Assembly: GCA_964016885.1 (NCBI GenBank)
Contig: OZ024743.1
Location: forward strand, 17,732,001 to 17,796,000
Length of the DNA stretch: 64,000 bases
Origin: Eledone cirrhosa
Lineage: Eukaryota
Direction of reading: 5' to 3'
The translations under genes were made by a program, and so were the position numbers. A model generated the notes under the pieces. It worked only from the letters and a program-made list of their open reading frames with translations. It was not told the origin of the DNA and searched no databases. The first letter of the stretch is position 1, and every line of letters begins with the position of its first letter. This document shows, in pieces, positions 1-10,244 of this stretch.

Positions 1-165
1 CCCCTTGACTCCTTCACTGCTGCTGCCACCGCTACAGCACCATCACTACAGTAATACGGTCGCATCACCGCCACCACTGCCTCGGTATCGACATCACCAC
101 CACCACTGTCTCAGTATCGCCAGCGCCGCCAGCCTCCCACTTCTCCCTGCTGGCTGCTACTACTT
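1..165 (+). repeat. Fragment of a Pro/Thr-rich dispersed repeat, inverted copy of ~9633-9795
   Basis: ctccttcactgctgctgccaccgctacagcaccatc...gtatcgacatcaccaccaccactgtctcagtatcgc is the reverse complement of the sequence at ~9633-9795. Confidence 0.85.
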
Positions 166-168
166 CCA

Positions 169-196
169 TATTATTATTATTATTATTATTATAATA

Positions 197-228
<32 letters not shown>
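169..228. repeat. (TTA/TAA)n microsatellite
   Basis: Direct trinucleotide run. Confidence 0.95.
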
Positions 229-229
<1 letters not shown>

Positions 230-437
230 GGCGACCTACGTAGTAAATCGTATCATCGTGAGCTCCGCAAAGGTTTGTTATTTCCGTTTGTTAAAAATTG
301 TCATTTATGGAAAATTTTATTGTTACCTGTTTATAAGCGCACATGCATTGTTTTCCGAAAAGGACACCCAAAAAGATTGGGGCCTTGTGCCCAAAATTTA
401 AACTTTTATTATTATCAAAAACATTTCTTTGAAAAAA

Positions 438-2632
438 ATGGCTAATTCAACTCTGCACCAAACAGCTGAAAGCCTTCCTCACAAATTAACACCTCACACC
501 GACACCACCATTGTAAATGTTACTACGTTTGCCAACACAAAAAAAAATATAAGCAGTAGCAATATTTTAAATTTGTCTCAGGCAGACATTCATTTCCCGC
601 CATTACCAATGACTGCAGGTGTTAAAGCCTCCACCACCACCACCACCGCCACAACCGCCACCCCCACCACCACCGCGACAACAGAAACAAAAGAAGAAAA
701 AAATAAATTAACTTGTGATGTCGAAATGAAATCAAGCAAAATGGACTCTTCCCCACCAAAGACGACTGACGTCAACACCACCACAACTGAAACTAAAATT
801 AATATTAACACAAATAACGATAGCAATAACAACAACAATGACATTATAAAACCGACCCTCAGTTTCGCCAGAGTAGCAACACAGTTCGAAGCATTTACGG
901 TAACTCAGGAGGATTTAGAAAATGCCAAACAAATGGTAAAGAAAGATGGGTAGAGGGTCAGCCTCATCCCCCCCACCTAATAAAATGGAGCATCGGCGCC
1001 TATGCACCGTGTCGTATAGAACAATAAATGTAAAATCGCGCCGAGTGGAACGGGCATCCGAGCCCCAAATCCAAAAAGTTTTGCGACATGTGTGGGCAAG
1101 AAAAACCCACATCAGACGTGGGCAAAAGTATGGAACCGTGGATGTGTTCTTTGAAACGCCAGAGGAGGCTAGAGAACACTCCATGGCCCCATTAAGAATT
1201 GACGACTTCACACTCGTCCCAAGCTATTGTGGCCAAAGACTCGTAAAGATCAGGGTGACCCACGTTCCACCGGCCATCGAAATTCCCTGGCTAATAGCGG
1301 CCGTCCTCTCCGGCATCGAAGCCAACACGAAAATAATAGCAATAGCAAAAGAAAAGCAGGAGAACTGGTCCGGATCTGGGATGGAGCTCCTGATCCAAGC
1401 GGACCAAAAAAGCATTGAGGAGATCCCAGAGGTAATAGAACCTCACTGACGGCAGCCACCTCAAGGTAATTGTCGAGGGCAGAAGACCTAGGTGTGTCGT
1501 TTGTGGTGAAGGAACCCACCTAAGGGCTTTCTGCCCTCGGGCTAAAAGGTTGAGGCCACCTCTCCTACCCATCCCAGTGACACAACCATCAACACCACCA
1601 GTAGCAGAGATGGCAGCAACAACTGTAGCAGCAACAACAGAAGCAACTATAACAGCAACAACCCCAGCAACAGTAGCAAAACGAACACCACTACCACCAC
1701 CAGCAAAACCAACACCACCACCACCCAACGCTTCAGAACTGGCACCAGCGCCTACTCCATCCACCACACCACAACCAAAACTAACGGCTGTGGGGGATTT
1801 TCTACTCCCGGGCCTATCACAACTGGAGACAGATTGTGACGACGAGGAGTGGGAAACGATATCCGGAAAAAAAAAAGAAACCAAAAAAGAAAAAATTCTC
1901 TTCCTTCCCCTCCAAAAACAAAATACAGAGGGAAAAAATAAATTAAGAAACAAAAAAGTTAGGACAGATATGCCACCATCCACACCAGCATCACCAACCC
2001 CATCAACCCAAACACCAACACCATCACCATCATTAACCCCAACACCACCATCACCTACACCACAAAAGTCACCAAAATGCGAAACAGAAACAAACCCACA
2101 ACAAACGCAAACAAAACAAAACAACCAAAACGATACACACTACACAGCATTAATTTTGAACAACAAGCGGTGGAATAGCAGTGTCGGTAGAGGGTCGGAC
2201 GCCATGCTTTCCAGCATAGTTACGTCCCTTTACGATCTGAGTTCAAATCCCGCCGAGGTTGACTTTGCCTTTCATTCTTACGGGGTCGATAAAATAAAGT
2301 ATCAGTAATGAACTGGGTATTTGCTGGCCTTGTGCCTAAAGTAGAAACAATTAAATTTGAACAACAGGCAATTATTACACTACATCCAACACAACACCAG
2401 CATCACAGAAAAAGACTACACAACAACCCCAAAATTCACACCACCTCCACACATACAAATCACTCGCATCACACAGAAAACGTACATGACACTAAAACAA
2501 AAATTCCCCAAAGACATCGGAGACTTCCGACAAGCACTCTCCAGGAGGATTTATAAGGACATCCTTCCTGAGGAGGCCACAAGCAGTGAAAAGGATGGAA
2601 AAACCGTCCTTCCCCTACGAGAAGTAAGGTAA
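438..2632 (+). pseudogene. ORF1 (gag-like nucleic-acid-binding protein), frameshifted near ~950 and ~1441 and interrupted by a SINE
   Basis: RRM-like segment (YGTVDVFFETPEEA...VKIRVTHVPP). Frame from 1442 reads VEGRRPRCVVCGEGTHLRAFC = CX2CX4HX4C at 1493-1534. ORFs 1550.. and 2357.. are in the same frame once the 201-bp SINE+TSD is removed. Confidence 0.8.
2168..2352 (+). mobile_element. tRNA-derived SINE family 1, full length, with target-site duplication
   Basis: A-box-like start, B-box gttcaaatcc, core ctttcattcttacggggtcgataaaataaagta (resembles the Meta-SINE domain), tail gtagaaacaatta. TSD ttaattttgaacaacaag (2150-2167) vs ttaaatttgaacaacagg (2351-2368). Confidence 0.9.
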
Positions 2633-2666
2633 GTGGTCTTTCCCATCTTTTCCACTCCTTTTCAAC

Positions 2667-3310
2667 ATGACCTCACTCAGAATAGGCAGCATAAATGCGC
2701 GTGGTTTGGGGTCGTCATGGAAGCAGGGCCACCTGCTCAACGACCTCAGGTCACTAAACATAGATGTAGTGGCCATCAGCGAGACCAGAATCTCCGAAGC
2801 ACAGGCTCTCGCACCGATCTTCGGCGGCTACGATGTGTACGCATCTCCCAGCCGTCCGGGATCGGGGCGAGGAGTTGCTGTGCTTTTTCGGAGAGGTTTG
2901 GATCTTGCCATACGGGCCATCTTCCTGGACCCAGAAGGTAAGTTGGTGGTGCGGGACGTGACCAGCGGAGACTGGCAAGCTTTCAGGTTAGTGGCCGTCT
3001 ATGCCCCGACAGGAGGAGACCTTTCTTGGAACGTCCCTCTCTTTAGTGTTAGTGGGCGACTGGATGGGATCTTAGATGCACGCTGGGATTGTGTGGGATT
3101 AGTGGATAGGGAAGGAAGGAGCAAGAGTCTCACCAACATGCTCAGACGTTTTGAACTGTCTGACAGGGACCGAATGGATTTCCCGAATGTACCAATGTGG
3201 ACTTGGACACATCGCATAGGGTTATCCAGATCATATCTAGATAGAGTATTTTGTAGGGAAATAGATAGGTCCAGCATAGGCTGTCCACAATTCAAGATAG
3301 TCAGCTACAC
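2667..3310 (+). pseudogene. ORF2 N-terminal APE-type endonuclease domain (L1/Tx1), truncated
   Basis: LRIGSINARGL, VVAISET, RGVAVLF, VAVYAP, WTW...SYLDRVF. The LVGDW motif (~3043-3063) is out of frame. Breaks off just before the expected SDH motif. Confidence 0.85.
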
Positions 3311-4670
3311 TACAGAATTCTTGCACTTCCTCCTCGGGTGGTATTGATTTAGCAGTTATTGTTGACTTACCAATTTTTCTGTAGAAGTTTCTTTGGTTGT
3401 TTTTGAACATATTATTGTCCTTATAGAATCTAGATCGTTTTTCAAAGCATATCTATGTCACATATTGATTTTATACTGTACTTCTTTTTCAATTTTCTAA
3501 GTTTAGTTTGTTTAACATGTTCACCTACTTTATAGTTTGTTAAAATGTCTATGTCAGATCGGAGAAGGTTTATTTGGCGATTGATGTTCTCTTGCGAAGT
3601 AGATTTCGTGTGGGAATTCCTTTGTTTTTTCATCTTCACTCCACATAAGTGAGTGGTGACTTTAGCCGATGCATAATAGACATGATTTAAATCAGTAATG
3701 TTTAGTTTGTTTGTGATGATAATGTTTTTGAGAATTATGTTAGTCTTGTGTATTATCTTTTGGTTCTGTTTGGAGTTCTGGATCTTAGGGAGGGTGTCTC
3801 GTTTCCCCATGTCAGATTCTTTCATTTTCATCCATTCGATCATAATTTCATCATCAAGTTGGCAAGTTCATTCTCATTCATTTCTTTATCATTTACGATC
3901 TCATTATTTTCATTTGGAGTTTCATCATGAGCATGAACTCCCTCCACTTTTTCGATCCTTTCTTAAATTTGTTCTGTTGCCAGTGATTCCGCCCCAACCC
4001 TGGAATTCGAAGTGTTACAGTTTACCTCGTTTTCACTGACACATGTTTCATTTTCCCTTCGCTGACTTTGTGCTAATAGCTTGATCTGATCAATTTCTAT
4101 ATCAGTTAGTAACTTTTTTCTTACAATATTTCTTCGAATATTGGCTAGTTTTTTACTGTAAACATAGCCTCTGTTTTCGGGATGTTTCTTTTTCCAGTTG
4201 ATATATGTCTGTTCTGTATTCGATGTATTTGATGGGTAGTACATGGCAGTGTAGAAAGCCTCAAGGACTTCTTTATTATCTTCCCTTGACCATTTTCCTC
4301 TCTTTTTCTTTGGATTTCTTGGTGGTGAGCATGGAGGGCCAACAGTAGGAGTATTCCGGTTATGGGAGGTCTCCAGCTCCGAAGTGATGGGACGGTTTGA
4401 ACCATCAGCTGATTTTTCGACCCCAGTCTGGTTCCTCTCTGAGGGACGCGGCCATTTTTTACCCGGGTGACGGCCGATCCGGTATGAGATTTTATCATTA
4501 GACATTTACTTTATTTTGTCGCGTTTTATCCTTATCCGCCAAGGGGTAATCATTTCGTGTTACCACTTCTAGAACGAGTGTCAACCAAGACTAGAGGCGT
4601 CGTTCTCCCCTAGAGACACGGCTATTCCCCGCCGGCCGCCATCCCGGTATTTCTTGGACACGGGGTTTTC
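3311..4670 (-). mobile_element. 5' fragment of a second, divergent R4/Dong-like element (5' UTR plus N-terminal ORF region), decayed
   Basis: KKKRGKWSREDNKEVLEAFY...KKLANIRRNIVRKKLLTDIEIDQIK parallels RRKGARTNWTKELNRTVMQCY...QKLAGQARVIRTNGWISELELEEL of the 1130-aa ORF. QINLLRSDIDIL parallels QIGEMRNDIGKL. Stops and frameshifts present. Confidence 0.75.
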
Positions 4671-4751
4671 TTTTTGTTGTTTTTTTTTAATTGTTATTAT
4701 CATGAGTGGTTCCTTAATGTGAGCATTGCGTGGCTTAAGAATGAAATTATT

Positions 4752-4803
4752 AATAATTGTCTCCACTGCAGGCACAAGGCCAGCAATCACCCAGTGCATT
4801 ACA
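4752..4803 (-). mobile_element. SINE family 1, 3' tail fragment
   Basis: aattgtctccactgcaggcacaaggccagcaatcacccagtgcattac matches the reverse-complemented SINE tail. Confidence 0.8.
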
Positions 4804-4809
4804 ATAATA

Positions 4810-5579
4810 TAATATACTTTTTGCTGTAGTTGCCTGTTATTGTTGTTGGCTATGTCGATTGTGGTGCCGGGGCTTTTTATATTGTTGTTGAGGAAGGGGT
4901 GAGCCAGCAGTCCCATAGTGATACCGCCACCTTCCCCTTTCTCTCTCAAGTTAACAGGGGAATAGTGGTGGTAGCAATGAAGGAGTGGTGGCGGCGGCGA
5001 TGGGATAGTGGTAGCAGTGATGGATGGGGTGGGGTGGTGACAGCGGTGGCGTTGTGGTTACTGATAAGTAGTATCTATGAGTTTGTGTTCGTAAGTTTAA
5101 TATATATTTTTATTATATAGTGTGTTGACATATTCCAGTAAAATTGGAATTAAACATTTCGTTAAAATTTGAGACAATAATAATAGTAATTATTGTTATG
5201 ATGCTGGGATTGATGGTGGTGAAATTGACGTTATCTGGCTGTTATATTTAGTGTGATGGGATAGGTGGTGTATCAAGTTTCTGGTGTTGGTGAAATTGCT
5301 GTTATTTGGCTGTTCTATATAGTGTAGACAGAGGGTGTTTTCTTCCATTTGTAACCATTTTCTTTTTTTGAATACAAAATATATAATACAAAATTGAATA
5401 TTTGAGCGATACAACAATATAATATGGATCCGAAACTTTATGGGATCTCATTCGGTCGTTTATGCAACATTTGTACTAAGAATTGTTATTTCACAATTGA
5501 TTTAAATATGTTAAAAATCAAAAACTTACGGGAGCGATTTCATGCCCTTCTACCACCTCGTGCGTCTTCTTCCCTTATC

Positions 5580-5580
<1 letters not shown>
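4810..5580 (-). repeat. Dispersed repeat copy 1, possibly the 5' UTR/ORF1 start of another LINE
   Basis: 5256-5580 aligns with ~9866-10193, and ~4975-5020 with ~9777-9830. Confidence 0.7.
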
Positions 5581-5675
<95 letters not shown>

Positions 5676-5686
5676 GTTATTGTTAT
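5581..5686. repeat. (TAA)n tract at the 3' end of the full-length Dong-like element
   Basis: Direct run. Confidence 0.95.
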
Positions 5687-8600
5687 TCCTTGAATCTCAG
5701 TCATTGATGTTGGTTAACTGGAAAGTCCGTTGGATTGAATATCAAGCCACTACCTGCAGCCTCAGATATTCAGGACGTATCGGAGGGTTCTTGCCGTTCC
5801 AAGCAAGCATGCCTTTTGAAGCGTTCCAAAAAGCGTGAAGGGGCCGATTTTCTTTAACCATCCCTGGAAACCTTTGGAGATAGTCCCCAGTGCGCCTATG
5901 ACAATCGGGATCACTTTGACTTCATGGCAGTTCCAAATCCTTTTCACCTCCCACTTTAGGTCCTGGTATCGGTTAATTTTCTCCCTCTCCTTCTCTTGCA
6001 CTCTCGTGTCGAACGGGCAGGCCACATCCACAATCAGGCACGATCTTTTTTCTTTGTCCACAACCACCAGGTCAGGTCTATTGTGTTCCAGTTTTTTGTC
6101 CGTCTGTATCCTAAAATCCCACAGCACCTTCACCTGACTGTTCTCCATCACCGCCTCTGGCCTATGCTCATACCATTTCTCAGAATGTGGTAGATTGTTT
6201 ACTTTGCACAGGTGCCAGTGGATCACCCTGCCCATCACATCGTGTCTCCAGCCCTTATAGTGGGTCTGGGCTAGGTGTTTACACTCGGACACAATGTGAG
6301 CCACAGTCTCCTCTCTCTCTCCACAGATCCTGCACAGTGGGCTAGCCTCCTCCTTGTAGATATGGTGCTTCAACCACTTCGTTTTGAGGGCCTGCTCCTG
6401 CGCAGCCATTAGCATTCCTTCTGTAGCCTTTTTGAGGTCTCCTCTTCTCAACCAGTTCCATGTCTGTGGATCTCTAAATTCAGTTTTCTCAAAGAAGGTA
6501 CTATGAAGGGATTTTCCCTTAAGGCTGCTCTTCCTCCTTGATGTTATTTCCTCCTTGGGTATCCCCTGGCCTACTCTCCCCTCCTTCAGTACAGCTCTGA
6601 GCATTGGCTCCTTACTATAGGTCACGTATTTGTATAGGTTGTTTTTCTCCATCTGAACACAGTCCTCTATGCTGATAAGACCTCTTCCACCCTCAGATCT
6701 CCTTAGGTAGAGTCTATCGACATCACTCCTCTTGTGGAACATGTTGTAGATAGTCAATAGCTTCCTAGTCTTCCTATCCATTTCTTTTTGTTCAGCAACA
6801 TTCCATCTCAGAATTCCCGCACTGTACCTAATAATAGACACAGCTCGGGAATTTACTGCGCTTATGGCATTTCTGCTGTTCAGATGTGACTTCAATACGC
6901 TCCTTACTCTCCGAATGTATTCAGTTCTTAACAATTCCTTCATTTTTTTGTTCTTTATGCCATCAGCCTCCAGAACGCCCAAATACTTGTATCCTTCCTC
7001 AGAGTCAATTTCCTTTATCATCTCACCTGTTGGTATCTGGATCCCGTTACTTCTGCTCAACCTACCCCTCCTCATCACAATGACTCCACATTTACCAATA
7101 CCAAACTGCATACATATATCACTGCTGAAAATACGGACAGTGTCAACAAGCACATCCAACTCCTTCTCACTTTTCCCGAAGAGCTTAAGATCGTCCATGA
7201 AGAGGAGGTGATTGATGGTAAGCTCTCCCCTTCCCAACTTGTATCCTGCTCTCACTTTTCGCAGCATAATGGTCAAGGGCATCAGGGCAAGGACAAACAA
7301 CAGAGGGGACAGGCTATCTCCCTGGAAGATACCTCTCTTGATCTTCACGCTTCCCAAGGATACTCCAGTTGATGTCAACTCTGTCTCCCAGGACCCCATA
7401 CTCCTGCCCAGCAACTCTCTGATGTTATCTGCCACCCTGAAGATCTCCAGGCTTTTGGTGATCCAGGAATGAGGCACCATGTCAAATGCCTTTCTGTAGT
7501 CTATCCATCCCATGGCAAGATCAGTGTGTCTCCTCCTGCAATTCCCCATTACCATCTTATCAATAAGCAACTGGTCCTTTGTACCACGTGACTTCTTTCG
7601 GCATCCTTTCTGTTCGTCCGGCAACAAGTTGTTTGTGTGGAGGTGATGGTAGATTTCCTCAGACACAATGCTCGTCAACAGTTTCCACATTACGGGCAGA
7701 CATGTGATAGGTCTATAGTTGGTAACATCATTACCCTTGATTCGGTCTTTCATTATCAGAACTGTGGTACCTTTTGTCAACCACTCTGGCACCTCACCCG
7801 ACACCAAGCAGTCATTGAACATGGCCGTCAGCTTCGGGTGGAGGGATGTTAAATGTTTAATCCAATACCCCTGCACACCATCTGGGCCTGGTGATTTCCA
7901 GTTGGTTAGTTTTTTGGCTTGCCCCTTAAGAGTTTCAACTGTGATACTCAAATCAGTCTGTTGCTGTGCCTGCTCACCGATCTCCCTCTGTACTGTCTCA
8001 ATCCACCCTGCCTGGGCATTGTGTCTAACATCCTGCTCCCATATTCCTCTCCAGAATGTTTTAGCTTGTTCCGCCCCAGGGATCAAGTCGGTGCCTCTTT
8101 CTTTCCCCTCAAGCTGTCCAAACAGCATCTTCTGGTTGTTGTCGAACATGCGGTTCTGTTTATACTGACTGACTCTGTTCTCGTATCGCCTGATTTTGGC
8201 ACTCTTTGCTACAATGCGTTGCTTCAATTCCTCTATGATAATATTTAGCTTTTTACTCCTAGTTTTGTATTTTATTTCCAGTCTATTTTTAGTGCCTATG
8301 TTTTTTAGTGTCCCATTCAGTAGTGACTCAAGCTTTCCTATGTCATTTCTCATTTCCCCGATTTGCCCACTCAGTCGCTTCTTCCACCACGGCTCTGCTC
8401 TTTCTTGTCTGTTGTTTCCTCTCGCTTTTATACCAAGTAGTTTCCTCACCGTATTTGCTGTTGCTTTGAGGATATTGTTGCACTGGTGAAGACTCCTCGC
8501 CTCAAGGTATGGGATGACTTTGTTTACCTTAGCTGTTGTTTCTTTTAACTTTTTCCTGTCTACAAATCTTAGGTTCATAGGTCTCCCACTATCATTGTTC

Positions 8601-9340
8601 AACTCATCTACCACTAAATTTAGGATGTCAACCGAATCTTGTCCTAGCCCGTCAGCATTCATCTCCTCAGTGGCCGTATCTCTGTTCCAGGTATTATTTA
8701 TCTCAGTATTCAGATCATTGTCTGCTTCGGGTGGTTCCTCCGCTCTCAGGACCTCCTCACCTTCATTTCCCGCCGGCTCGCTTGTCTGGCATACTACACC
8801 CGCCATCTCCAAGCCATTCTCTCTGCTCAGTTCCTCCAGTTCCAGCTCGCTTATCCACCCATTAGTTCTTATTACCCGAGCCTGCCCGGCCAATTTTTGT
8901 TCATCTAATTTAAATAAACCAATCTCGTTCCAGATGTTATGCATCCGTCTCCTGTAGCCCCTCTCCTTGGGGTTACTTTTCAGGTAGCATTGCATAACAG
9001 TTCTATTCAATTCTTTCGTCCAGTTGGTTCTGGCCCCTTTCCTTCTTCTTCTTCCTCCAACATCAGCAGTATTTCGTTGACAGTCAGGTTCCTGCTGCTG
9101 AGCCAGGGGGCACCTGTTGGGTGAGAGTCTGTCACATGACGTTCTAGTCTCCATTTCACCGTTATTCGAACTGTTTATGTTCGATATTTAAACACTCTTA
9201 TCGAGGATTGGCGAATGTATGTTTACATAGCCATCTGTGGATCCGCCATCCCACTTGGCCCTTGTGTGGCATTATCACCACGCTGTATACGGACACACAT
9301 AAACAAACAAACACACGGGCAGAAAGGGCCCCAAAAATGA
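5687..9340 (-). mobile_element. Apparently full-length R4/Dong-clade RLE non-LTR retrotransposon
   Basis: Single intact ORF and a ~75-bp 3' UTR running into (TAA)n, the known target type of Dong elements. 5' boundary approximate. Confidence 0.9.
5762..9154 (-). CDS. 1130-aa retrotransposon protein: N-terminal DNA-binding region, reverse transcriptase, CCHC zinc finger, PD-(D/E)xK restriction-like endonuclease
   Basis: KSPGPDG, NYRPITCL, IDYRKAFD, GIFQGDSLSPLLF, LFMDDLKL, YKYLG, GGRGL, CRICGEREETVAHIVSEC, RHD, RPDLVVVD...DVACP...KINRY. No internal stops. Confidence 0.95.
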   Translation of the reverse strand: METRTSCDRLSPNRCPLAQQQEPDCQRNTADVGGRRRRKGARTNWTKELNRTVMQCYLKSNPKERGYRRRMHNIWNEIGLFKLDEQKLAGQARVIRTNGWISELELEELSRENGLEMAGVVCQTSEPAGNEGEEVLRAEEPPEADNDLNTEINNTWNRDTATEEMNADGLGQDSVDILNLVVDELNNDSGRPMNLRFVDRKKLKETTAKVNKVIPYLEARSLHQCNNILKATANTVRKLLGIKARGNNRQERAEPWWKKRLSGQIGEMRNDIGKLESLLNGTLKNIGTKNRLEIKYKTRSKKLNIIIEELKQRIVAKSAKIRRYENRVSQYKQNRMFDNNQKMLFGQLEGKERGTDLIPGAEQAKTFWRGIWEQDVRHNAQAGWIETVQREIGEQAQQQTDLSITVETLKGQAKKLTNWKSPGPDGVQGYWIKHLTSLHPKLTAMFNDCLVSGEVPEWLTKGTTVLIMKDRIKGNDVTNYRPITCLPVMWKLLTSIVSEEIYHHLHTNNLLPDEQKGCRKKSRGTKDQLLIDKMVMGNCRRRHTDLAMGWIDYRKAFDMVPHSWITKSLEIFRVADNIRELLGRSMGSWETELTSTGVSLGSVKIKRGIFQGDSLSPLLFVLALMPLTIMLRKVRAGYKLGRGELTINHLLFMDDLKLFGKSEKELDVLVDTVRIFSSDICMQFGIGKCGVIVMRRGRLSRSNGIQIPTGEMIKEIDSEEGYKYLGVLEADGIKNKKMKELLRTEYIRRVRSVLKSHLNSRNAISAVNSRAVSIIRYSAGILRWNVAEQKEMDRKTRKLLTIYNMFHKRSDVDRLYLRRSEGGRGLISIEDCVQMEKNNLYKYVTYSKEPMLRAVLKEGRVGQGIPKEEITSRRKSSLKGKSLHSTFFEKTEFRDPQTWNWLRRGDLKKATEGMLMAAQEQALKTKWLKHHIYKEEASPLCRICGEREETVAHIVSECKHLAQTHYKGWRHDVMGRVIHWHLCKVNNLPHSEKWYEHRPEAVMENSQVKVLWDFRIQTDKKLEHNRPDLVVVDKEKRSCLIVDVACPFDTRVQEKEREKINRYQDLKWEVKRIWNCHEVKVIPIVIGALGTISKGFQGWLKKIGPFTLFGTLQKACLLGTARTLRYVLNI

Positions 9341-9379
9341 ATAAGCATAAGTTTCATTGTAATGTAGTATTCGAATGTC

Positions 9380-10193
9380 TGACTTAGTTTTTGTTTTTTA
9401 AGTTTTACTTTTTCCCCCCTCTTCTCTGTCCGTCCGCCTGCCTCTCTCTTCATTCTTATTTTCTTTACGTTTTGGGGGTTTCTTTTTTTGTTTTTGTTTT
9501 TCTCTGTTTTTCTCGTTTTTTACTGTTGTTGCTGTGCTGCTTTTGTTGTTTATTTTTTCTTTTTTCTTTTGAGTCTATCTATATATTTTGATGCCTTCCT
9601 CTTTTTTAGCAGTAGGGATTCTATAATGTGGTGGCAGCAGCCAGCTAAAAGAAGAAGTGGGAGACTGGCGGCGGTAGCGATACTGAGACAGTGGTGGTGG
9701 TGATGTCGATACCGAGACAGTGGTGGCGGTGATGTGACCGTATTACTGTAGCGATGGTGCTGTAGCGGTGGCAGCAGTGAAGGAGTGAAGGGGTGGTGGC
9801 GGCGGTGATGGGATAATGGTTGTAATGATGGCCGTAGTGATCGGTGGTGGTTTAGTGTACACAGGTGATAGGGTGGGTGGTGTATCTAGTTTCTGGTGTT
9901 GGTGAGTTTGGCTGTTCTATATAGTGTATACAGAGGAGGAGGGGGGGGGTTCTTCTTCCATTTATAGCCATTTTCTTTTTTGGATATACAGTGTACAATA
10001 CAAAGTTGAATATTTGAATATTTGAGCCTTATAACAATATATTTTGGGTCCGAATTTTTTGGGGCTCAAGCCGGGTGCTTTACGTAGCATTTGTACTAAG
10101 AGTTGTTATTTCACAAATGGTTTAAATATGTTAAAAATTCAAAACTTACGGGAGCGATTTCATGACCTCCGTCACCTCGTGCGTCTTCTTCCC
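9380..10193 (-). repeat. Dispersed repeat copy 2 (Pro/Thr- then Lys-rich on the minus strand, ORF1-like), decayed
   Basis: Shares ~330 bp with 5256-5580 and ~160 bp (inverted) with 1-165. Starts immediately after a (TAA)n tract on the minus strand. Confidence 0.65.

Positions 10194-10242
<49 letters not shown>
10194..10242. repeat. (TAA)n tract
   Basis: Direct run. Confidence 0.95.

Positions 10243-10244
<2 letters not shown>

Larger units (their letters stand above)
229..3310 (+). mobile_element. L1/Tx1-like non-LTR retrotransposon, 5' part (5' UTR, ORF1, start of ORF2), decayed and 3'-truncated
   Basis: Begins right after the (TTA)n tract. Gag-like ORF1 with a zinc knuckle, followed 35 bp later by an ORF2 with AP-endonuclease motifs. 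Confidence 0.85.

Noticed and set aside
5540-5580. ccacctcgtg as an HDV-like ribozyme L3/P3 motif
   Set aside because: Could not identify P1, P1.1, P2 and P4 partners around it.
5835-9124. Series of + strand ORFs over the Dong element (similar ones overlap the RTE and PLE ORFs)
   Set aside because: Antisense shadows of the real reading frame, with no recognisable motifs.
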